Positions 21,101-30,062 of a DNA stretch of 64,000 nucleotides are shown one piece after another. The position numbers were made by a program, and so were the translations under genes. Below the pieces are notes generated by a model. The model saw only the letters and a list, made by a program, of their open reading frames with translations, searched no databases and was not told the DNA's origin. Numbering within the stretch: the stretch's first letter is position 1; the number at the start of each line of letters is the position of its first letter. Source of the DNA: Auanema rhodensis (Eukaryota; Animalia; Nematoda); assembly GCA_964057225.1 (NCBI GenBank), contig OZ059896.1, positions 12,028,001-12,092,000 on the forward strand, in the 5' to 3' direction.

Positions 21101-24100
21101 TTTTTTAAATTTTTAATCATTAAAAAACATTCAAATTTCAATATTGTGATGCTCAAAAACTGAAACATTAAAATATTTTGTATTTTCTAAACCATTTCAC
21201 TCCACCTCTTTCATTTAATTCCATATTTTAAACAATTTTATATTTCTACCACGAATTCATAACTTCATTTTTTAAATTTTTAATCATTAAAAAACATTTA
21301 AATTTCAATATTGTGATGCTCAAAAACTGAAACATTTAAATATTTTGTATTTTCTAAACCATTTCACTCCATCTCTTTCATTTAATTCCATATTTTAAAC
21401 AATTTTATATTTCTACCACGAATTCATAACTTCATTTTTCAAATTTTTAATCATTAAAAAACATTTAAATTTCAATATTGTGATGCTCAAAAACTGAAAC
21501 AGTTGAATATTTTGTAATTTCTAAACCATTTTACTCCATCGCTTTTATTTAATCCCATATTTTAAACAATTTTATATTTCTACCGCTATTTCATAATTTC
21601 ATTTTTTAAATTTTTGATCATTAAAAAATATTCAAATTTCAATATTGTGATGCTCAAAAACTGAAACATTTAAATATTTTGTATTTTCTAAACCATTTCA
21701 CTCCATCTCTTTCATTTAATTCCATATTTTAAACAATTTTATATTTCTACCACGAATTCATAACTTCATTTTTTAAATTTTTGATCATTAAAAAACATTT
21801 AAATTTCAATATTGTGATGCTCAAAAACTGAAACATTTAAATATTTTGTATTTTCTAAACCATTTCACTCCATCTCTTTCATTTAATTCCATATTTTAAA
21901 CAATTTTATATTTCTACCACGATTTCATAACTTCATTTTTTAAATTTTTAATCATTAAAAAACATTTAAATTTCAATATTGTGATGCTCAAAAACTGAAA
22001 CATTTAAATATTTTGTATTTTCTAAACCATTTCACTCCATCTCTTTCATTTAATTCCATATTTTAAACAATTTTATATTTCTACCACGAATTCATAATTT
22101 CATTTTTTAAATTTTTAATCATTAAAAAACATTTAAATTTCAATATTGTGATGCTCAAAAACTGAAACATTTAAATATTTTGTATTTTCTAAACCATTTC
22201 ACTCCATCTCTTTCATTTAATTCCATATTTTAAACAATTTTATATTTCTACCACGAATTCATAACTTCATTTTTTAAATTTTTAATCATTAAAAAACATT
22301 TAAATTTCAATATTGTGATGCTCTATTTTGTAATTTCTAAACCATTTTACTCCATCGCTTTTATTTAATCCCATATTTTAAACAATTTTATATTTCTACC
22401 GCTATTTCATAATTTCATAATTTCATTTTTTAAATTTTTAATCATTAAAAAACATTTAAATTTCAATATTGTGATGCTCAAAAACTGAAACAGTTGAATA
22501 TTTTGTATTTTCTAAACCATTTTACTCCATATCTTTCATTTAATTCCATATTTTAAACAATTTTATATTTCTACCACGAATTCATAACTTCATTTTTTGA
22601 ATTTTTAATCATTAAAAAACATTTAAATTTCAATATTGTGATGCTCAAAAACTGATACATTTAAATATTTTGTATTTTCTAAACCTTTTCACTCCATCTC
22701 TTTCATTTAATTCCATATTTTAAACATTTTTATATTTCTACCACGAATTCATAACTTCATTTTTTAAATTTTTGATCATTAAAAAACATTTAAATTTCAA
22801 TATTGTGATGCTCAAAAACTGAAACAGTTGAATATTTTGTAATTTCTAAACCATTTTACTCCATCGCTTTTATTTAATTCCATATTTTAAACAATTTTAT
22901 ATTTCTACCGCTATTTCATAATTTCATTTTTTAAATTTTTAATCATTAAAACATTTAAATTTCAATATTGTGATGCTCAAAAACTGAAACAGTTGAATAT
23001 TTTGTATTTTCTAAACCATTTTACTCCATCTCTTTCATTTAATTCCATATTTTAAACAATTTTATATTTCTACCACGAATTCATAACTTCATTTTTTAAA
23101 TTTTTGATCATTAAAAAACATTTAAATTTCAATATTGTGATGCTCAAAAACTGAAACATTTAAATATTTTGTATTTTCTAAACCATTTCACTCCATCTCT
23201 TTCATTTAATTCCATATTTTAAACAATTTTATATTTCTACCACGAATTCATAACTTCATTTTTTAAATTTTTGATCATTAAAAAACATTTAAATTTCAAT
23301 ATTGTGATGCTCAAAAACTGAAACAGTTGAATATTTTGTAATTTCTAAACCATTTTACTCCATCGCTTTTATTTAATCCCATATTTTAAACAATTTTATA
23401 TTTCTACCGCTATTTCATAATTTCATTTTTTAAATTTTTAATCATTAAAAAACATTTAAATTTCAATATTGTGATGCTCAAAAACTGAAACAGTTGAATA
23501 TTTTGTATTTTCTAAACCATTTTACTCCATCTCTTTCATTTAATTCCATATTTTAAACAATTTTATATTTCTACCACGAATTCATAACTTCATTTTTTAA
23601 ATTTTTAATCATTAAAAAACATTTAAGTTTCAATATTGTGATGCTCAAAAACTGAAACATTTAAATATTTTGTATTTTCTAAACCATTTCACTCCATCTC
23701 TTTCATTTAATTCCATATTTTAAACAATTTTATATTTCTACCACGAATTCATAACTTCATTTTTTAAATTTTTGATCATTAAAAAACATTTAAATTTCAA
23801 TATTGTGATGCTCAAAAACTGAAACATTTAAATATTTTGTATTTTCTAAACCATTTCACTCCATCTCTTTCATTTAATTCCATATCTTAAACAATTTTAT
23901 ATTTCTACCACGAAGTCATAACTTCATTTTTTAAATTTTTGATCATTAAAAAACATTTAAATTTCAATATTGTGATGCTCAAAAACTGATACATTTAAAT
24001 ATTTTGTATTTTCTAAACCTTTTCACTACATCTTTTTCATTTAATTCCATATTTTAAACATTTTTATATTTCTACCACGAATTCATAACTTCATTTTTTA

Positions 24101-25613
24101 AATTTTTGATCATTAAAAAACATTTAAATTTCAATATTGTGATGCTCAAAAACTGAAACAGTTGAATATTTTGTATTTTCTAAACCATTTCACTCCATCT
24201 CTTTCATTTAATTCCATATTTTAAACAATTTTATATTTCTACCACGAATTCATAACTTCATTTTTTAAATTTTTGATCATTAAAAAACATTTAAATTTCA
24301 ATATTGTGATGCTCAAAAACTGAAACAGTTGAATATTTTGTATTTTCTAAACCATTTTACTCCATCTATTTTATTTAATCCCATATTTTAAACAATTTTA
24401 TATTTCTACCGCTATTTCATAATTTCATTTTTTAAATTTTTAATCATTAAAAAACATTTAAGTTTCAATATTGTGATGCTCAAAAACTGAAACAGTTGAA
24501 TATTTTGTATTTTCTAAACCATTTCACTCCATCTCTTTCATTTAATTACATATGTTAAACAATTTTATATTTCTACCACGAATTCATAACTTCATTTTTT
24601 GAATTTTTGATCATTAAAAAACATTTAAATTTCAATATTGTGATGCTCAAAAACTAAAACAGTTGAATATTTTGTATTTTCTAAACCATTTTACTCCATC
24701 GCTTTTATTTAATTCCATATTTTAAACAATTTTATATTTCTACCACGAATTCATAATTTCACTTTTTAAATTTTTAATCATTAAAAAACATTTAAATTTC
24801 AATATTGTGATGCTCAAAAACTGAAACAGTTGAATATTTTGTAAATTCTAAACCATTTTACTCCATCGCTTATATTTAATCCCATATTTTAAACAATTTT
24901 ATATTTCTACCGCTATTTCATAATTTCATAATTTCATTTTTTAAATTTTTAATCATTAAAAAACATTTAAGTTTCAATATTGTGATGCTCAAAAACTGAA
25001 ACAGTTGAATATTTTGTATTTTCTAAACCATTTTACTCCATATCTTTCATTTAATTCCATATTTTGAACAATTTTATATTTCTACCGCTATTTCATAATT
25101 TCATTTTTTAAATTTTTAATCATTAAAAAACATTTAAATTTCAATATTGTGATGCTCAAAAACTGATACATTTAAATATTTTGTATTTTCTAAACCTTTT
25201 CACTCCATCTCTTTCATTTAATTCCATATTTTAAACATTTTTATATTTCTACCACGAATTCATAACTTCATTTTTTAAATTTTTGATCATTAAAAAACAT
25301 TTAAATTTCAATATTGTGATGCTCAAAAACTGAAACAGTTGAATATTTTGTAATTTCTAAACCATTTTACTCCATCGCTTTTATTTAATTCCATATTTTA
25401 AACAATTTTATATTTCTACCGCTATTTCATAATTTCATTTTTTAAATTTTTAATCATTAAAACATTTAAATTTCAATATTGTGATGCTCAAAAACTGAAA
25501 CAGTTGAATATTTTGTATTTTCTAAACCATTTCACTCCATCTCTTTCATTTAATTACATATGTTAAACAATTTTATATTTCTACCACGAAGTCATAACTT
25601 CATTTTTTAAATT
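12200..25613 (+). repeat. 167-bp satellite, segment 2 (~80 monomers)
   Basis: Same monomer, resuming in phase after the TSD. Confidence 0.98.
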
Positions 25614-25786
25614 ATATCCCATGTCTTAAGCTATTTATTTTCCAAATAACATATCTTCTCGGTAATCAATAAAACAAAAATTAACAGAAATCAACAGTAT
25701 TTCGTAACACATTGTAAAATGAGCGTATCATTACCCGTGGTGCTAACCAGTAATGACACGCCCCCTAACTAACACATAAACATCAG
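25610..25786 (+). repeat. DIRS left inverted terminal repeat (177 bp)
   Basis: AATTATATCCCATG...AAACATCAG is the reverse complement of 29848-30024 with one mismatch (25645). Confidence 0.95.
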
Positions 25787-25818
25787 TTTTATTTTCCGAC
25801 ATACGCTGATCGGTCGCT

Positions 25819-26544
25819 ATGCCGTCTTCACGGGAACCTTCAACTCCCCGTGATTTGGATTCTTCGTCTCATTATTCGCGTTCGCCTTCGCGAGAGCAAG
25901 ATATTCGACGTTCACGTTCTAGATCCGTTTCGTCATCTAGATCCTGTTCACTATCTCTCAGGCCTTTCAAGCGCCAGAGGCCTTGTCCTCAACCTAGCTC
26001 TGTTCCTCTACCTCCTTCAACTCCAGCCTCCAAGGAACGACCGGTTATCTCGCTTGCGGAAGATCTTCTTACTAACTTTGAACATCTCGCAGCTGGTATT
26101 ACTCTCCTTCCTTCGGACCGCTCATCACTAATTCAAGAACTCCCTCGCCCGGAATCCATCTTAGCAGATCTCCCGGTGTTGGACTCTAAACTTCAAAATC
26201 TTTTGGATGGCTCAACGAGATCATTTCATAAAGTATCAGAACAGGAGTTACGAGGACTTTACGAAAACGAGTTACAAGTTCTGAATATCGTTACTATTAT
26301 CCGTTTTCTCGGATCCAATGATGAAGGTGGCCCACTTTCTCCGAAAGTTGCTGGTTATCTCTCAATTCTGGAACGCTTTGTCAGTGCAAATCTGCGCACT
26401 TTCTTAGGAGCAACTCGAGAGCTTGCCCTTCTCAGAATGGGATTCTCTCGCCCTTCACAGAGCATGCCGAACTATCGTAAAGTTGGCCTTAGTTCGTCTT
26501 CCTCCTTTGATACGGTACTAGGAGTAAGTCACTCCGCCTTTTAA
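25819..26544 (+). CDS. DIRS ORF1, Gag-like (241 aa unspliced; probably exon 1, 25819-26523, of a spliced Gag-Pol)
   Basis: ATG-initiated ORF just inside the left ITR; Ser/Arg-rich N-terminus followed by a helical-looking region; positional homology to DIRS gag. Confidence 0.8.
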   Translation: MPSSREPSTPRDLDSSSHYSRSPSREQDIRRSRSRSVSSSRSCSLSLRPFKRQRPCPQPSSVPLPPSTPASKERPVISLAEDLLTNFEHLAAGITLLPSDRSSLIQELPRPESILADLPVLDSKLQNLLDGSTRSFHKVSEQELRGLYENELQVLNIVTIIRFLGSNDEGGPLSPKVAGYLSILERFVSANLRTFLGATRELALLRMGFSRPSQSMPNYRKVGLSSSSSFDTVLGVSHSAF

Positions 26545-26566
26545 CCTTATATTATTTGTTTTACAG
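26524..26566 (+). other. Predicted 43-nt spliceosomal intron joining ORF1 to ORF2
   Basis: GGA|GTAAGT...TTTGTTTTACAG|GCT; phase 0; contains the ORF1 stop; removal gives ...VLG-AQAVELFG... in the ORF2 frame. Confidence 0.75.
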
Positions 26567-28630
26567 GCTCAGGCCGTGGAACTGTTTGGGCGAGCACTGC
26601 GAGCCGAACTGAGAAAACCTAACGAGGTTATGAAACACCGCTCGGAGCAATCTCAACGTCGTGTGGTACCATCGGACCGTAGACACACTGTTAATAGGAA
26701 AACTACTTCCCGCTCTGTTGCTCAACGTACGAAGTTAGTTCCCTCCTTTTCTGCACGTTCATTAGCCAATCATTGTTCATTTTGGTTTTCTATTTCGTCT
26801 GATTTGTTCATTTTGCAATCAGTTATTAATTATCGTTTACCATTTAACGGTTATCTACCTCCTTTGAGTAATTTTGATTCCTCGCTTAATAACTCGGTCT
26901 CTTCAAGAAACCTTGACTTATTGATAGTGGATATGCTGTCAGAAGGCACCATTAGACCTATTCAAAAAAATGAAAAGGTATTCTTATCCCCTGCTTTTGT
27001 TGTGCCCAAGAAAGATGGAGAGTTTCGCTTTATTTTGAATCTGAGACGACTCAATTCATATCTGCAGGACCTTCCCTTCAAGCTAGAATCAATTAAAGAT
27101 GTATCACTATTGATACAACCATCGGATTGGTTAGCTAAAATAGATTTTTCGTCTGCATATCATGCTGTTCCTATTGATCCAGAACATCAACCTTTCCTAG
27201 CTTTTCGAGCTGGAGGTTCTGGTTATGTTTTTCAAGCCATGCCATTTGGCCTTAGTTCAGCTCCATTCACCTTTCATAAGATCGTTAGAGTCCTTGCTTC
27301 GTATTTACGAAGTAAAGGAGTTCGCATTATTAACTATCTAGACGATTGGCTGTTTATTGGGTCATCTGTCACTCAAGTACAAGAGCATATTCAGTTAGCC
27401 TTGTGTTTATTCAAGCAATCTGGTTTCTCAGTTAACCACACTAAATCCATTTTAATCCCTACTCAAAGAATAGAATTTCTGGGAATCAATCTAAATGCCC
27501 AGGAAGGTACATGGTCAATACCAGTATCAAAGTTAGATCGCATTCAAAATGCATTAGATCGGGTAAATAAACCAGACGCCACATTAAGATGTTTTGCATC
27601 CCTGTTGGGCTTATTGAACTTTACTGCTATTGTTCATCCCGAAATCAGTTTTTTCGTTCACTCTCTCCAACGTGCGCTAGGTGTGGTATCCTTGAAAGCT
27701 CTCTCTTCTTCCTTACACATTAACGAAAAGTTAAATAGATCGCGAGATTTGGACATAATCTTTCCTCAAGTTAAATTTATCTTGGAAACTGTAATGCATC
27801 TGCCTGTTTCGTTTTGTCCGTTTTCACCTTCGATAACTATAACATCCGACGCTTCCTTGCGAGGATATGGAGGTTGTATGGACGGTCAACAAATTTCCGG
27901 AATCTGGTCTATTGAAGAAAAGAAACTTCATATTAACTGGAGAGAACTGAGCGCTGCTTATAAAGCGGTTTCATTCTTCCTCAAATCTAAAAGTTACGTA
28001 GACGTGACCTTACTTCTTGATAACATGTCGGCTATTGCTTATATTAACAAACGAGGAGGCACTCGTTCGGCTGAAGGCTCAGATATAGCCTTAAAGTTAT
28101 GGGAATTTTGCACTGTCCGCGGTATCAGAATAAAAGCTTCTCATATTCCGGGACGACAAAATATTTCCGCCGACAAGTTATCGAGAGGACAGTTCTTAGA
28201 TAGTGAGGAGTGGTCCTTACATGATGAAATCATTAAAGAAATATTCCTTGAATGGGGAACACCTAACATTGATCTGTTTGCTTCTTCAAATAATTTCAAA
28301 TTAGATAGATATATTTCATACCTTCCAGACCCGGGAGCTTGCTTTATCAACTCCTTTGCCGTAAATTGGGCAGAAGTATCACAAGGATACGCTTACATTT
28401 TCCCTCCATTTTCAATGGTGGGGAAAGCAATAGCAAAGATTGTTCGAGATCGATGCAAAGCAATCTTAATAGCTCCGAACTGGACAAGTCAATATTGGTT
28501 CCCTACATTAAAGAAAATTCACAAGGAAGTACGGGTATTACAACACCCTTACCTCTTACGGAACCCAGTGGGAGAAGTTCACCCACTGTTGAAGAGCCAC
28601 AACTTCCAGCTCTTAGCATGGAGAATTTGA
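26567..28630 (+). CDS. DIRS ORF2: reverse transcriptase, RNase H, N6-adenine methyltransferase-like domain (ORF track starts at GTG 26576)
   Basis: FVVPKKDGEFRFILNL, KIDFSSAY, MPFGL, YLDDWL (27335); RNase H TSDAS, HINWREL, DNMSA, NISADKLSR; MT-like IDLFAS and YIFPPF. Confidence 0.95.
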   Translation, partial: AQAVELFGRALRAELRKPNEVMKHRSEQSQRRVVPSDRRHTVNRKTTSRSVAQRTKLVPSFSARSLANHCSFWFSISSDLFILQSVINYRLPFNGYLPPLSNFDSSLNNSVSSRNLDLLIVDMLSEGTIRPIQKNEKVFLSPAFVVPKKDGEFRFILNLRRLNSYLQDLPFKLESIKDVSLLIQPSDWLAKIDFSSAYHAVPIDPEHQPFLAFRAGGSGYVFQAMPFGLSSAPFTFHKIVRVLASYLRSKGVRIINYLDDWLFIGSSVTQVQEHIQLALCLFKQSGFSVNHTKSILIPTQRIEFLGINLNAQEGTWSIPVSKLDRIQNALDRVNKPDATLRCFASLLGLLNFTAIVHPEISFFVHSLQRALGVVSLKALSSSLHINEKLNRSRDLDIIFPQVKFILETVMHLPVSFCPFSPSITITSDASLRGYGGCMDGQQISGIWSIEEKKLHINWRELSAAYKAVSFFLKSKSYVDVTLLLDNMSAIAYINKRGGTRSAEGSDIALKLWEFCTVRGIRIKASHIPGRQNISADKLSRGQFLDSEEWSLHDEIIKEIFLEWGTPNIDLFASSNNFKLDRYISYLPDPGACFINSFAVNWAEVSQGYAYIFPPFSMVGKAIAKIVRDRCKAILIAPNWTSQYWFPTLKKIHKEVRVLQHPYLLRNPVGEVHPLLKSHNFQLLAWRI

Positions 28631-29550
28631 CTGGCCTAATTCCTGATATATCTAATGATACCATGTCTCTATTCTTAAACTCCTGGGCTGCAGGAACTCG
28701 TAAGCAATATAATACAGCTCTTAAAAAGTGGGAAATTTATTGTGCTTCTCACAAAATTTCTATTACTCCCTCTCCTTCAACCGCTGCAGATTTTTTGTCA
28801 TCTATGTTTAACGACAAAGCCGTTTCAACAGTTTTGGGCTATAAATCCGCACTTTGTGCTTTAGCTGACTTTCTGAAAATTAGTCCCCCTCTTCGGGATA
28901 ACCCTTTACTTAGTAGAATATCTAGGGGAGCGTTCAGATTAAAACCTCCACAACCTAAATATATAGATTCTTGGGAACCTTCCATTGTTCTTTCATATTT
29001 AGAAAGTCTGGGGCCCAACAACGAATTATCGTTGGAACTACTAACCAAAAAATTAGCAATGCTATTAGCTTTATGCTCCCCAAAACGAGTGTCAGAAATA
29101 GCGCAGTTCTCTATAGACCATGTTCAATTCAATGATAACGGTGTTACGTTTTTCATAAATTATAGAAATAAAAATAGAAAAGCGGGAATACCTCATAAAG
29201 CTACCTATGAGATTTCTTTAGACAGACCGTTACTCTGTCCGGTAGCATGTATCAAAGCATATTTAGACAAAACTGAGTCTAAACGGCTTTCAAATAATTT
29301 ACTGATATCCATCTCACAAGGAACGAGTATTACAAGTACAACAGTAGCTCGGTGGATAAGGGATATTTTATCGTTGGCAAAAATACCGCATAGATTTTCT
29401 GCGCACTCTACCCGTCACGCTTCTACTTCGTCAGCTTTTAAAAAAGGGGTTCCATTGAAAACTATAATGAGTGCCGCAAATTGGAAATCCGACACTTCAT
29501 TTTTCAAACACTACTGCAGAACCAGATCCTTTCAAGCTGCAATTTTTTGA
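28618..29550 (+). CDS. DIRS ORF3 tyrosine recombinase (frame open from 28339; likely ATG at 28618, overlapping the end of ORF2)
   Basis: Catalytic set R (PKRVSEI), HxxR (HSTRHAS), W (AANW), Y (FFKHY); N-terminal T..QY...W binding domain; LCPV motif. Confidence 0.93.
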   Translation: MENLTGLIPDISNDTMSLFLNSWAAGTRKQYNTALKKWEIYCASHKISITPSPSTAADFLSSMFNDKAVSTVLGYKSALCALADFLKISPPLRDNPLLSRISRGAFRLKPPQPKYIDSWEPSIVLSYLESLGPNNELSLELLTKKLAMLLALCSPKRVSEIAQFSIDHVQFNDNGVTFFINYRNKNRKAGIPHKATYEISLDRPLLCPVACIKAYLDKTESKRLSNNLLISISQGTSITSTTVARWIRDILSLAKIPHRFSAHSTRHASTSSAFKKGVPLKTIMSAANWKSDTSFFKHYCRTRSFQAAIF

Positions 29551-29553
29551 AAG

Positions 29554-29629
29554 ATAGCTTAAGACATGGGATATAATTTCTTAAATTTTCCTATTTTATG
29601 AAGTAAAATTTTAATTATATCCCATGTCT
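29554..29629 (-). repeat. DIRS internal complementary region (ICR, 76 bp)
   Basis: Exact reverse complement of the element's right end (30008-30062) joined through AAATT to its left start (to 25634), i.e. the circle junction. Confidence 0.95.
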
Positions 29630-29847
29630 GACTTCCCTCCACCATCCCCTGTGTGTGTTCACCATCCCTCTTTTATATTCAGCTTGAAAAAAATGTTTAT
29701 GTTATTGCAGTAGATGGTCGTCTTCGAACTCAATACCTGTAAAACCTTTTAATAGAAACAACAGTAAAATGAAGAAGTGATTTTATTGTTTCTTTTGTTT
29801 TGATGTATTATACCTTGTTACATTGTGAAGTTTATATTTTTTTGACT

Positions 29848-30062
29848 CTGATGTTTATGTGTTAGTTAGGGGGCGTGTCATTACTGGTTAGCACCACGGG
29901 TAATGATACGCTCATTTTACAATGTGTTACGAAATACTGTTGATTTCTGTTAATTTTTGTTTTATTGATTACCGAGAAGATATGTTATCTGGAAAATAAA
30001 TAGCTTAAGACATGGGATATAATTAAAATTTTACTTCATAAAATAGGAAAATTTAAGAAATT
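29848..30062 (-). repeat. DIRS right ITR (29848-30024) plus right extension (30025-30062)
   Basis: Reverse complement of the left ITR, followed by 38 bp that are otherwise found only in the ICR. Confidence 0.95.

Larger units (their letters stand above)
25609..30062 (+). mobile_element. Complete DIRS1-like tyrosine-recombinase retrotransposon (~4.45 kb)
   Basis: 177-bp inverted terminal repeats, a right-end extension, an internal complementary region, and gag, RT-RH-MT and YR ORFs. Bounded by AAATT on both sides. Confidence 0.96.

Noticed and set aside
26734-26765. Second DIRS intron GTTAGT...CATTAG
   Set aside because: Only 32 nt with a weak acceptor, and removal would break the open RT frame.
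30025-30062. Extended homology between the DIRS right end and the satellite (shared ACTTCAT)
   Set aside because: Spacing to the AAATT core differs; expected by chance in 80% AT sequence.
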